Positions 8,538-17,565 of a stretch of 28,908 nt of DNA are shown piece by piece; the stretch's first letter is position 1, and every line of letters begins with the position of its first letter. The stretch is taken from the IMG/VR virus record IMGVR_UViG_3300017650_000219, positions 1 through 28,908 of that record. One strand, written 5' to 3'. Made by a program: the position numbers and the translations under genes. The notes beneath the pieces were generated by a model. It was not told where the DNA came from, made no database searches, and saw only the letters and a list, made by a program, of their open reading frames with translations. This DNA comes from a virus (lineage: Duplodnaviria > Caudoviricetes).

Positions 8538-9539
8538 TTACTTGGCTTCGATTTTGACGATTGCCTGCAGACGCTGAGCCCAGCTGATGACGTTGGTCTG
8601 CGCCTTGAGTTCGACGCCTTCATCGTGCGGAAGATCATGCGGAGAGACGTATTCAGGAAGTCCGATAGCACCTAGATCGCTCATGCCTGTTCCAGGACCA
8701 AAACGCGTCTGGAACATGCCGTCGACAACCGGGACTAGATACATGTCATCGTCACCGAAAATAGTCTGACCGCCTACCTTGTTACGGGTGTACTTCACAG
8801 CAGTGATGTTGGACGCAATCTGGAAGCCACCAGAAATGTCATCCCGAAGCATGACACCGTCATTGTGACGCTCAAAGATCTTCTCGAAGTTCGGATGATC
8901 AGTGATCAAAGGAAACGCGTTCTTCCCTGCGATGAGGATGAAGTGGTCCGCAGTGAACTCGCCGAGGTTGTCCTCAGACTTGTCCTTTGCCTTTACCAGC
9001 TCGGTGCGCAGCTTCGTGTTCGAAGACGCGAAGTCGATAACAGCCTTCGTCTGCTGGACGCCGAATTCCTTGTACCAGTTTTTGGAAATTTGGCCCTTGC
9101 TGTTCAAGAGCTTTCCAGTGATGGCACCGATCCGAGAAACTTCCCACATCAGCTTATTGCGCCTGCTGAATTTGGAGATCAGCTTGTTCCGTTCACCTTC
9201 AACCGTCACAAGCAGTTCCGACCCAGCCGCACGAATGCCCTCAAACTGGGTAGCAAGGAGCACGTCTTGCTGCGGATAGTGTGGAATTTTGACGATGATC
9301 GAGCTGTCGGTATCACGCTCGGGAGCATCACCAGGTGCACCGCGAACGGCTTCAGGAATCAGATCGAGTGTGCCGTCCGTGAAATCGATGGCGACAGTCG
9401 GAAGGTGAACGCCTTCACTATGCCATGGCAGCCACTTCGACACGAGATCGGGCACGTATGGCTGGCTGACGGCGTAATCCGTCAGAGCAACCTTGGAAAA
9501 CAGCTCGTTGCCGCTATTCAAAATGTTATTGAGTTCCAT
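8538..9539 (-). CDS. Major capsid protein, lambda gpE family (333 aa)
   Basis: LDLIPEAVRGAPG, IPHYPQQDVL..QFEGIRA.G, GAITGKLL and GAIGLPEY motifs. Follows the decoration gene. Confidence 0.92.
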   Translation of the reverse strand: MELNNILNSGNELFSKVALTDYAVSQPYVPDLVSKWLPWHSEGVHLPTVAIDFTDGTLDLIPEAVRGAPGDAPERDTDSSIIVKIPHYPQQDVLLATQFEGIRAAGSELLVTVEGERNKLISKFSRRNKLMWEVSRIGAITGKLLNSKGQISKNWYKEFGVQQTKAVIDFASSNTKLRTELVKAKDKSEDNLGEFTADHFILIAGKNAFPLITDHPNFEKIFERHNDGVMLRDDISGGFQIASNITAVKYTRNKVGGQTIFGDDDMYLVPVVDGMFQTRFGPGTGMSDLGAIGLPEYVSPHDLPHDEGVELKAQTNVISWAQRLQAIVKIEAK

Positions 9540-9577
9540 CTAAATCTCCAAAATATGTTTGCGTTTTGTTCTAACGA

Positions 9578-9964
9578 TTAGCCGCGAAGGATGAGGCCTT
9601 GACGCTCCAGATATGGCTGGACGTCGGCGACGGTGACGTCTTCCGGCAACCCGAGTTCGAACGACTTGACCGTGGCATCTCGAACAACGGCTAGAGCTGG
9701 TGCGTCAGTTGCTTCGTCATCAGACTGGAAGACGGTGCGCGCCACGAGGATCGCGATCTCGACATCGACATCGCCTTCCTCGCTGGGTGTGACGTCCGCT
9801 GCGGTCAGTGCCGCATAGACGCCATCTACGCCCTTCACGAGAATGGTGCCGGATTCATACGGTGTTTCCGAAGCCGCAACAGTGATCTCCTCAAACGAAC
9901 GGTCGCCGCTTGCTGTCATCAGAAGAAACGCTAGGTTGGCGCGCTGCTTATAAAATCTTGTCAT
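9578..9964 (-). CDS. Head decoration protein (lambda gpD-like, 128 aa)
   Basis: FLL..ASGDRSFEEITV...Y.SGTIL...AIL...VVRDATV...L..QGLILR pattern. Lies between the protease and capsid genes. Confidence 0.85.
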   Translation of the reverse strand: MTRFYKQRANLAFLLMTASGDRSFEEITVAASETPYESGTILVKGVDGVYAALTAADVTPSEEGDVDVEIAILVARTVFQSDDEATDAPALAVVRDATVKSFELGLPEDVTVADVQPYLERQGLILRG

Positions 9965-10000
9965 CTAAAATCTCCAAAATATCGGTTGTAAGAACAGTGG

Positions 10001-10489
10001 TTAGGCGCGCTTGTTCAGCTTCGCGTAGATGTCGCGAGCGGACGTCAGCTTCGGCTCCTTACGGACAGGCTTCGGCTCGATGTCAGACCGAGCACCCGAA
10101 TTTGCATTCATGGCCTTCGACATGATCGCGGAGCGGATGGACGCCTTGAGGTCTTTCGACCGAGTACCCAGAGCGACAAGGTCGTCCACAGCCTTCGTCA
10201 GACCGTAGGACTTCGCGATGGAGCGGATGGAACGGATTTCCTCCTCTTCCGCCTTCTCGTCTTCATCGTTGCGCTTGCCACGCTCTTCTTCGGTGTCGTC
10301 ATTACGCTTACGCTCTTCCTGCTCTTCATCGCTTTCAGCACGGAGCTTACGAACGCGCTCAAGCACCTCGTCGGATACATCGTCACCGATTTCAGCCACG
10401 GCAGCCTCGACAGCGACAACGGCTTCTTCAACGATCTCAGCAGCAGCTTCTGCAGCTTCTACCAGCTCTACGAGTTCTTCTTCATTCAT
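10001..10489 (-). CDS. Nested in-frame scaffold protein (162 aa from MNEEEL)
   Basis: In-frame ATG at the domain boundary, preceded by TTGGAGAAACGTACT. Analogous to lambda Nu3 within gene C. Confidence 0.6.
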   Translation of the reverse strand: MNEEELVELVEAAEAAAEIVEEAVVAVEAAVAEIGDDVSDEVLERVRKLRAESDEEQEERKRNDDTEEERGKRNDEDEKAEEEEIRSIRSIAKSYGLTKAVDDLVALGTRSKDLKASIRSAIMSKAMNANSGARSDIEPKPVRKEPKLTSARDIYAKLNKRA

Positions 10490-11140
10490 AGTACGTTTCT
10501 CCAATTTTCGTCTGATGCGCTCAGCAGCGCGTGTTGAATTCTTCGACGCCGTTACTGGCTTATTGCGGTAGGAAAGTTTCGGAGCCGGGATAGTGCGACC
10601 AGCACTACGAACGCTGGCGTTCGGGTCCGCGCCTACGGCTACGAGCGACGCCTCATACAGTGTCCATGAGGTCGCATAGGCAACAGGCACGTCGCCGTCA
10701 CGATGCTCGATCTCGTATGAATTTACGCCGTAGCCCGCGCTGATCTGATTGTAATGACCATCATTAATATCTGTGATCAGGTCGGAGTTTCTGCTGTTTA
10801 AAACCGCCGTTCCGTGGACTTCAGTGCCGACCGAACGAACATCATCGACTTTGCCCAGGATCGTGTTCACGCCAGAAAAGGTGTCATGGCAGTCAACCAG
10901 TGGCATTCCGGCCGTGCGACTGAAGTCCAGGCCAGACGTCAGAAGGACCTCATCGACTTCGATATACGAGTCGTCGGCGTTCATACTTGGCTGCTGCGGA
11001 TTTCGGATGAAGCTGCGGACGGGCGTCTCTGTCGAGATTACGATACCGAAGCTCTTCTTCTCGACGTCAACAGAAGCAGGCACACGAGCGAAAGCCCGAG
11101 TGCGCATTTGACCGTGATTTTGCTGAAGCTGCTTCGGCAT
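10001..11140 (-). CDS. Prohead protease (HK97/U35-like fold) fused to an acidic coiled-coil scaffold (379 aa)
   Basis: PLVDCHD, ISAGY and WTLYEASLVAVGAD catalytic-type motifs. Glu-rich helical C-terminal half. Confidence 0.85.
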   Translation of the reverse strand: MPKQLQQNHGQMRTRAFARVPASVDVEKKSFGIVISTETPVRSFIRNPQQPSMNADDSYIEVDEVLLTSGLDFSRTAGMPLVDCHDTFSGVNTILGKVDDVRSVGTEVHGTAVLNSRNSDLITDINDGHYNQISAGYGVNSYEIEHRDGDVPVAYATSWTLYEASLVAVGADPNASVRSAGRTIPAPKLSYRNKPVTASKNSTRAAERIRRKLEKRTMNEEELVELVEAAEAAAEIVEEAVVAVEAAVAEIGDDVSDEVLERVRKLRAESDEEQEERKRNDDTEEERGKRNDEDEKAEEEEIRSIRSIAKSYGLTKAVDDLVALGTRSKDLKASIRSAIMSKAMNANSGARSDIEPKPVRKEPKLTSARDIYAKLNKRA

Positions 11141-11184
11141 CTATCGTCCCAGAAGTCGTTGTCTCGGATGATGATGTGGCCGGG

Positions 11185-11196
11185 GTCTGCAAGATT
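11185..11196 (-). promoter_or_regulatory. Candidate late promoter/activator motif AATCTTGCAGAC upstream of the protease gene
   Basis: An identical 12-mer lies at 16967-16978 upstream of terS, at a similar distance from the ATG (45 vs 49 nt). Confidence 0.55.
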
Positions 11197-11320
11197 TAAG
11201 TGCGAATTCGCGAAAGGATAATCGGCGATACGTGCGTACGCTTATCCTAAAAGGTAAATTGCCGACTGAGGCCTCCGCTGGTTCAGTAATGTGAATTGAT
11301 AAAGAGATGGAGAGAACGTG

Positions 11321-11872
11321 ATGAAGTTGAAGATCGCGGTTGGAGGATTTTTCTTCGCATTCTCTAGTGTCCTGGCATCTGCGCAAGATTTGACGTTATC
11401 TACAGAAGTTGAAGCACTCTATGTAGCAATGGAGCCCGAAGCAAAAAAAAAGCTGGAAGCTGATACTCAAGCACTTCAGGGGTACTGCGCGTCTAATCAC
11501 ATATTTGCCGCCGAACATGATTGCGCGTGCATTACAGGAAGATTCGTGGAGATACGGCTGACAACCGATCCCAACGTATCATATCACAACGCGATGGATG
11601 ACCTTCGGTTCGAGTGCCCGAACCCTGAAGGGATTATCGCCCGAAATAAGCGTCTTTGCGTGGATCGCCTGTACAACGTTGAAGAGAAAGTCCGGAACGA
11701 GCAATGCGAGTGTGAGGCGATCAAACAAGCAGAAGGTAGGTTGTACGACATGCAAGTTCGCGGTCGTTGGGGGCGCGGGCAGCCCGATTATGCTGGGGAA
11801 TGCGCATCTGGAACGACGGCACCACGACCTGCTAATTGGCCAAAACTCGACACTCGGAGGGCTGCACAATGA
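11321..11872 (+). CDS. Secreted cysteine-rich protein (moron)
   Basis: Signal peptide ending ASA|QD, eight Cys including two CxC motifs, GGAGAG RBS. Antisense to the head operon. Confidence 0.75.
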   Translation: MKLKIAVGGFFFAFSSVLASAQDLTLSTEVEALYVAMEPEAKKKLEADTQALQGYCASNHIFAAEHDCACITGRFVEIRLTTDPNVSYHNAMDDLRFECPNPEGIIARNKRLCVDRLYNVEEKVRNEQCECEAIKQAEGRLYDMQVRGRWGRGQPDYAGECASGTTAPRPANWPKLDTRRAAQ

Positions 11873-12318
11873 GGAATTCCCTCACTGCGCTCTCAGTTTT
11901 ATGCTCTGTTGCCGCTACTTCCTTGGCTGGCGCGCAGGGCCTCGCACAAGAACGGCGCAACCTCAACGTAGTGCAATCAATATACAATACCGGAAAATAC
12001 GGGGCGACACTCTGGGGCAGTCGCCAAGCCGTCGCAAAATGCCGTAAAACCGAAGACCCAGAGGCAACTGTAGAGAACTTCAAACAGAGCATTCGTGACG
12101 CTTATGGAAAGGCCTACGAAAAATATAAAGAGGTGATCGAAAAACACCTTTCTGATCCCGAGACAGAGACAAGGTTTGCGCAAGGACATGCATCAGCATC
12201 TACGCGACTTTTGTCAAGCAATTGTTCTGATTTAGTTTTAGGACAGATTGAGAAAGAAATTGAAACGGGCCTGGACAATCAGATATCATCCATGCGCCGT
12301 ATGGCATCGACACTTTAG
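11869..12318 (+). CDS. Secreted protein (moron, 149 aa from MRNSL)
   Basis: ATGA overlap with the upstream gene, GGAGG RBS, and an N-terminal signal peptide. Confidence 0.75.
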   Translation: MRNSLTALSVLCSVAATSLAGAQGLAQERRNLNVVQSIYNTGKYGATLWGSRQAVAKCRKTEDPEATVENFKQSIRDAYGKAYEKYKEVIEKHLSDPETETRFAQGHASASTRLLSSNCSDLVLGQIEKEIETGLDNQISSMRRMASTL

Positions 12319-12356
12319 CCGGAAGAACCGTCGAGCTGTCCACGCGTCGTCCAGGA

Positions 12357-12372
12357 CTGACGATATCGTCAG
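12357..12372. terminator. Perfect 16-bp palindrome CTGACGATATCGTCAG in the convergent gap between the moron and the portal
   Basis: Directly visible. Followed on the + strand by CCTTCCTTT. It could be a weak terminator or a binding site. Confidence 0.4.
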
Positions 12373-12383
12373 CCTTCCTTTGA

Positions 12384-13922
12384 TCAGTTCACTAATTTGG
12401 GCTTTTCTGCCTCCGCATCATAGGCATCTAGAATCTGCTTTCGCTCTTCGTCGGACATCAGCTTCTCGTAGATCGGATACAGCAACTTCAGCAGCTTGGC
12501 TCGTGTCTGGTCTTCCGAGTTCTCCAGGTCGATATCCTCGACGTCTTCACCGAAACTGGCAGCAACACGCTTGCGGCTGGTAAAACCGTTTTTGACTGCC
12601 TCAGAGAATGCGGTGATCTCTTGCAATGGATGGATATGACCACGAGCAGGTGTCATCCATTCAACCTCAAAGAGATCATCAAGCTCCTCCCCTTCTGGAA
12701 CCGTCCAGAGACCATGAAGGACGGCGTAAGACAGGAAGCGACGCCAAACTGGTTTGCAGAACTGGTTGACGAAAAGATGGTATTGGATGCTCTCAATGAA
12801 GCGAAGGCACTCCAACATTACCGCCCTGTACGTCCGGTCGTTGAGCTTCTCGAAATTCATGCTGATGTGTTCGACAGCCAAGCCCATAGATACGGCTAAG
12901 CCGCTCAGATGCTCGCGTCGAAACGTTCCATAGTTGGCGTCTGACTGGGTTTGCGGAGCAAATTCCACGTCCCAATCCTCAGGCACCACGGCAAAGCTTC
13001 CTCTTTCAACAGCTACAAAGTCGCTGCCGTTTTCGTCGGTCTCAGCATCAAACTCCTCGGGTTCGTCACCAGCCATCCGGGGCTTCTTAAATGCTCCAGC
13101 GAACCCTGCTTGCGTCAACTGCTTCTCAACTTGAGCTTCGTCCGACGTCCGAATCCGTTCAGTGATATTGAGCGCACTGGCACCCCACGGATAACCACGG
13201 CTGTCGCTCAGGCGCTCGGGCATATAGATGTGCAGCACGTCTTCGGCTGGCACTCTTTTCGGTTCGAAGGATTGCTTTCCGGTGCCCTGCCAGTCCTTTG
13301 GATGGTAATCGTAGAGCCAATATGCAGATGGGCGCTCAATAAGATCGCGTTCGACGCCGCTGACGATCCAGTGACCATTGGGAGCTTGCTGCGTATATGA
13401 AAGGGGGAGATGATCTGCTTCCAGCATCTGCAACTGAAAATTGACACCGCTGCGCATGTCACCTGGACGTCGTTCGCGGAAACGCACGAGCGCCTCGCCG
13501 TCGCGAGGGATGACGAAACCAGCAACATACTGCAGGCCATAGAAGTCCAGACGTCCGCGTGCGTCGGCTTCCTTCTGCCAACGATTCCACAGCTTGAGCA
13601 GCTTCTTGTCTTTAATGACAGGCTTGATGCCGTAATGGATTGTGTTGTTTGCAACCTGACGGCAGGCCTGCCTGTAAAAGCTGTCATTGGCATACATCCA
13701 GCGGCTGCGCTTGCGGATTTTCTCGATCTCGGTGTTATAGCCGTTCGGCCCGACGTCAACGGATTGCTCGATAAACTTGGAGTTTGAAGCGGCTTCGAAA
13801 AAACTTTTGGCGGCCGAAAAAACATTGGATAGGAAGGAGGACGAACGAACACTGCGAGCATGTGTCCGGATGCGTCTGGCTGCAGGCTTGGAGGTGCGCG
13901 ATGAGGTGGCTTGAACGGACAT
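12384..13922 (-). CDS. Portal protein, lambda family (512 aa)
   Basis: RSRWMYAND, GRLDFYGLQ, RDGEALVR, LQMLEADHL, AYWL...HP, RVPAEDVLH, RGYPW and HIHPLQEI motifs. Confidence 0.95.
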   Translation of the reverse strand: MSVQATSSRTSKPAARRIRTHARSVRSSSFLSNVFSAAKSFFEAASNSKFIEQSVDVGPNGYNTEIEKIRKRSRWMYANDSFYRQACRQVANNTIHYGIKPVIKDKKLLKLWNRWQKEADARGRLDFYGLQYVAGFVIPRDGEALVRFRERRPGDMRSGVNFQLQMLEADHLPLSYTQQAPNGHWIVSGVERDLIERPSAYWLYDYHPKDWQGTGKQSFEPKRVPAEDVLHIYMPERLSDSRGYPWGASALNITERIRTSDEAQVEKQLTQAGFAGAFKKPRMAGDEPEEFDAETDENGSDFVAVERGSFAVVPEDWDVEFAPQTQSDANYGTFRREHLSGLAVSMGLAVEHISMNFEKLNDRTYRAVMLECLRFIESIQYHLFVNQFCKPVWRRFLSYAVLHGLWTVPEGEELDDLFEVEWMTPARGHIHPLQEITAFSEAVKNGFTSRKRVAASFGEDVEDIDLENSEDQTRAKLLKLLYPIYEKLMSDEERKQILDAYDAEAEKPKLVN

Positions 13923-13923
13923 A

Positions 13924-14166
13924 TTAATACCCCCTCTTCACGATGAAGGGTACGATGCGGACGGACTTCCGACTGCGACGTCCATCGATGTCATCGATTC
14001 GACGGTAGAGGGCGCGGAGCAACTTTTCGGCATTCTCCAAACTCGTATATGAGAGGGAACCACCAGCGGGATAGCTGATGCTCTGAGCGCCAGAAGTAAA
14101 GCCCTCCTCAAGAGCGAGTATGGCTTCAGTGCATTGCTCGCGTGTCCAAAATCGAAATAACCTCAT
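13924..14166 (-). CDS. Head-to-tail joining protein (gpW-like, 80 aa from MRLFRF)
   Basis: Lies between terL and the portal. AILALEE..TSGAQSISY..GSLSY.S pattern. TTTGGAGATTTTGG leader before ATG 14166. Confidence 0.8.
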   Translation of the reverse strand: MRLFRFWTREQCTEAILALEEGFTSGAQSISYPAGGSLSYTSLENAEKLLRALYRRIDDIDGRRSRKSVRIVPFIVKRGY

Positions 14167-14186
14167 CCAAAATCTCCAAACCAAAC

Positions 14187-16298
14187 TCACCACCGACGGC
14201 TCGAAACGACGCGTCCGCCAGTGACTTTTTTCCGCCTCGGCTTCGGCTTTGGTGCCTCCGTCGACACCTGTTCCTCGGCACGCTCGACACCATGTCGATG
14301 CGGTCGTGCTGAGACCTCGTTTCCCTTTTGTTTGAGCAACGGAGAAGCAGAAACTGGTTCATCCAGCAGCTCTCCAGTTTCTGGATCGTGAGGCGGCAGC
14401 ACGTCTTCAATACCGAGCTTGCGCGCTGCAAGATTCAAGTCGCGATACGCGGCGCTGGACATCTGCAGCCCGCAGAGCGCTGCATAGGCATAGATGAGAC
14501 AGTCCCACTCTTCTCCCGTTTGACTCGTCTTTTTACGCTGCCAGTGCCTGTTACCCTTCTTGTCTATGAGCAACTTTTCGGCTGTCAGCCCCTCGAAATA
14601 CGCATCGTCACAAGTGGATGGAAAAGTTGCTGCACCGGGACCGCGAATAGCCAACATCCTGCCAATGGCATCTTTTGCTAGCTGAGTATCGATCATGTAC
14701 CACGTACTACCGTTTCGCGTGGAGCGGGACACTTTGCGCGGCCAAACTGACGATGATCTGGTGCCCTTAGACTTGTTCGCGCCCTTGATAGCCCACACAC
14801 GTTTAGTCGCCCTCGCCTTTGCGAATGCTTTCACTTGGTCGCCGTAGTCACCGCCGAGGTCGATAGACGAAGCGTGAATTCTAAGTTCCGTCCCGTCGGC
14901 CTTCTGGAAGCGGCGGTTCAATATCTCATCAAGGGCGGCGTCGGCGTCAGCGTCGCCGGGCTCGCCCACGATCACTTTGTGTAGGATAAGGCGCGGCATG
15001 CGGCGCTTATTCCAACCAACAACGGAGATTTCGCGCGAGGCGATGCGGTCGTGCTCGCCGCCTTTCAGACCTTCCTTATTCGTTTGGGTGTCCACGCCAG
15101 CTGTGATGACCACGACATCATCGGGCACCTCAGCTCGATACGGGATGCGGAGAGATTTCAGGCTGTCGCTGTCGATGGCTTCGCCGCCGAGGTCATCCCA
15201 CGGCTCCGCGATGACGTTGTTGATGAAACGCTTTAGGAGTTCGGTATCACCTTGAGCGTCAAGCCATTGCTGAGCCAAGATCGTCCACCGTGCTTTCGGT
15301 GCTGACGAATGCCAGGCAGGCCAATGGTATCCACGATGTCCCGGTCGGTTCGGGATTGCTGTAGGGATAAATTCGCCAGCTTCTACAATATCCTCTTTGT
15401 GGTGCTCGTCGATGCGGCACCCCTCGCCCTCACATTGGTACCAAGCCTCGATGACATGCCCGTGCTCGTTCACCGTCCAGCGGAATCCATAATTGGTCTT
15501 CTGACTTCCCCATTTGAGAAATTGCTGGGTGCCGCAATGGGGGCAAGCAACATGAAGACGTCGCTGATCCGAGAGAGACCATTCGCGCCAAACGAGCGAC
15601 GTCTCGCGGGACAATGGCGTGCTGCCGACCCAAAGTTTGCTGTCGATGAAAGCCGTGCCACGGTCGCGATAGAGGGTAAGCTTGTCGGCTTGCGACTTCT
15701 CCCCTTTAGACTGCCATGCCTCGGCATCGACTTCGTCAGCCATCATCCACTGGGCGCTGATCCTTCGAAAGGCGTCGTCGCTGGCTGCACCACGAAAATA
15801 TAGCTGAGCCCCGTTCGAAAACCTATGCTCGTCCCAAGTGTCTTGAACTTCGCCACGGATCGGCGTCCTTCGAATGCCTGCTAGGACGTCGGCGAAATGC
15901 GGTTCGATCTGATCCTTGTAATAGCCTTTGGCGTCGTCATCCGTGGGTTGTGTCAAAATCGCTTTGAGTGCGAGGTAGCTGATGCCGTAGAAGATCATGG
16001 CTTTCAGAAACGAAGACCAGCCGACCTGCACGCCTTTGAGAACGGTGATTTGATCTACCTCGGGGTCGAGTGCATCGAGAGCTACTGGACGCTGGAAGCC
16101 ATTCAATCTCATATTGCCGGGGCGAAAGGTGGCCTGTTTCGGAAGCTCGATGCTGTCGTAAATCCACTCCACGGGATCTTTGAAAGGGGGTATCTGAAGC
16201 GTGGTATTCCGAAGCTCAGCGAGAGCGTTGTCGAAAGCTAAGGCAGCCTCGGACAGGTCAAGGTGATCAAAAGAGACGTCCAACGCTTCATCGAACAT
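14187..16298 (-). CDS. Terminase large subunit, lambda gpA family (703 aa)
   Basis: Walker A-like VLKGVQVGWS, Walker B MMADEVD, GSTP, Zn motif CPHCG...CEGEGC, and nuclease motifs AGVDTQ and SIDLGG. Confidence 0.96.
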   Translation of the reverse strand: MFDEALDVSFDHLDLSEAALAFDNALAELRNTTLQIPPFKDPVEWIYDSIELPKQATFRPGNMRLNGFQRPVALDALDPEVDQITVLKGVQVGWSSFLKAMIFYGISYLALKAILTQPTDDDAKGYYKDQIEPHFADVLAGIRRTPIRGEVQDTWDEHRFSNGAQLYFRGAASDDAFRRISAQWMMADEVDAEAWQSKGEKSQADKLTLYRDRGTAFIDSKLWVGSTPLSRETSLVWREWSLSDQRRLHVACPHCGTQQFLKWGSQKTNYGFRWTVNEHGHVIEAWYQCEGEGCRIDEHHKEDIVEAGEFIPTAIPNRPGHRGYHWPAWHSSAPKARWTILAQQWLDAQGDTELLKRFINNVIAEPWDDLGGEAIDSDSLKSLRIPYRAEVPDDVVVITAGVDTQTNKEGLKGGEHDRIASREISVVGWNKRRMPRLILHKVIVGEPGDADADAALDEILNRRFQKADGTELRIHASSIDLGGDYGDQVKAFAKARATKRVWAIKGANKSKGTRSSSVWPRKVSRSTRNGSTWYMIDTQLAKDAIGRMLAIRGPGAATFPSTCDDAYFEGLTAEKLLIDKKGNRHWQRKKTSQTGEEWDCLIYAYAALCGLQMSSAAYRDLNLAARKLGIEDVLPPHDPETGELLDEPVSASPLLKQKGNEVSARPHRHGVERAEEQVSTEAPKPKPRRKKVTGGRVVSSRRW

Positions 16299-16303
16299 GC
16301 TGA

Positions 16304-16918
16304 CTACGCTTCGAACTCTCGCTCAACGCGGAGTGCTTTGAGTGTTGTCCGCACTTGCTCGTCAGCGATTTCGCGGACCTTTTGAGCCACGCTGGCTTCA
16401 ACACGCCCCGCAATTGCATCCGGCAACGACATGAGACGACTGCGGATTTCAGCATAGTCAGCTGCGATTTTCTCGACGACATGAGAGACACGGACAACGG
16501 TGCGCACTGCTTCGGCGGCTTCGAGTTCGGTGATTATCGCAGCAGCGACAGCGCGACGTCGCTTGGCTTCTTCTTCCGACGTCCGACCATCGATAGAGCC
16601 AGACCCGAGTTTTTCAGCAGTGGTATCGGCTGCGCGTTTCTCAAGCCAGCGAACAACCTCACCAGTGTCGAAAATCCACGCTTTCCCGAGATCACGGTCG
16701 GCTTTTTCAACAAACGGGAGGCCGTTGTCGAGCCATTTTGACACCGTGTTACGGTCTCGGTCGAGAAAGCTTGCCAGTTCTTTCAGAGATACATAGCGCT
16801 CTTTTGATGCCGCACGTCGAGCAGCAGAGATGTTGCGTTCTTCCCCGCTTGTGCTGGACTGCCTGGCACTTTCGTCACTGGATTTCAGCAACCTTTTTCT
16901 TGGCGTCTTGGTAGTCAT
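16304..16918 (-). CDS. Terminase small subunit, Nu1-like (204 aa from MTTKTP)
   Basis: Winged-helix segment VSLKELASFL...NTVSKWLDNGLP...FDTGEVVRW resembles lambda Nu1. GGGAG RBS before ATG 16918. Confidence 0.9.
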   Translation of the reverse strand: MTTKTPRKRLLKSSDESARQSSTSGEERNISAARRAASKERYVSLKELASFLDRDRNTVSKWLDNGLPFVEKADRDLGKAWIFDTGEVVRWLEKRAADTTAEKLGSGSIDGRTSEEEAKRRRAVAAAIITELEAAEAVRTVVRVSHVVEKIAADYAEIRSRLMSLPDAIAGRVEASVAQKVREIADEQVRTTLKALRVEREFEA

Positions 16919-16966
16919 CGCGCTCCCTTTGAACTCAAAACTTGTTGAATTCATTGGGCGTCGGGC

Positions 16967-16978
16967 GTCTGCAAGATT
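16967..16978 (-). promoter_or_regulatory. Candidate late promoter/activator motif AATCTTGCAGAC upstream of terS
   Basis: Exact match to 11185-11196. Confidence 0.55.
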
Positions 16979-17049
16979 CCAGAGGGGAGTGACTGAACTC
17001 GTCGGGGTGCTGATGATGACTGGACAAAAAAAATTTTGAAAAGACCGAC

Positions 17050-17100
17050 AGCCTGCAGTCGCCAATTACCCGCATTACATCAGCAACTTACAGGGTCCCC
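17050..17100 (-). other. Candidate cos packaging site
   Basis: Lies 130-180 nt upstream of terS. Minus strand GGGACCCT...TGCGGGTAATTGGCGACT resembles lambda cosQ (GGGTCCT) and cosN (GGGCGGCGACCT) in order and approximate spacing. Confidence 0.5.
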
Positions 17101-17206
17101 GGTCAACTTTTTGAGTGTCGAAACGATTTCATTGGGCCGATAGCTGTTCGATGTTGCGCCGGAAAGCTCGAATGATAGAGTCAACTTCGGGCGTGAGGGC
17201 ATCAAT

Positions 17207-17539
17207 ATGGAAAAAATATCTGCAGACGCAGACTTGGAAGGGCGGCTAAATGCTATCCGTCAGATTCAGGGGAACAATCCCGCAGCGCTCGATGCGGCAA
17301 CCGCGAGAAATATACTTCACGAGGAACTAGGGCGTTTCACCGATCCACAAACGATTTATCATCTTGATGAAGCGACCCGAGATAGACTTCTAGCTCACAG
17401 CAGGCAAGACGCAGCTCACGCGCTCCTAACCGCCCTGCGCTCGTCTAAGGACATAGCTGAGGTGAAGCGACTGCTGAAAATCGCGGTCATTTTGCTTCTT
17501 GTCATTACAGCAGTGACAGTGTTCAGCCTATTTAGGTGA
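17207..17539 (+). CDS. Hypothetical protein with a C-terminal membrane anchor (moron)
   Basis: C-terminal IAVILLLVITAVTVFSLF. GAGGG RBS. Confidence 0.7.
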   Translation: MEKISADADLEGRLNAIRQIQGNNPAALDAATARNILHEELGRFTDPQTIYHLDEATRDRLLAHSRQDAAHALLTALRSSKDIAEVKRLLKIAVILLLVITAVTVFSLFR

Positions 17540-17565
17540 ATACAGGCTCTTTATGGGGAGATGGC

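Noticed and set aside
11185-11212. Sigma54 promoter reading of the TTGCA motif
   Set aside because: No GG at the -24 position with correct spacing in the copies examined.
642-16796. Numerous + strand ORFs antisense to structural genes (e.g. 2087-2551, 8865-9581, 10218-10571, 12951-13400)
   Set aside because: These are shadow ORFs of GC-rich coding sequence, with no motifs or RBS.
16919-17065. N-terminal extension of terS in the ORF track
   Set aside because: It starts at a TTG inside the cos candidate. ATG 16918 has a clear GGGAG RBS and the upstream promoter-like motif.
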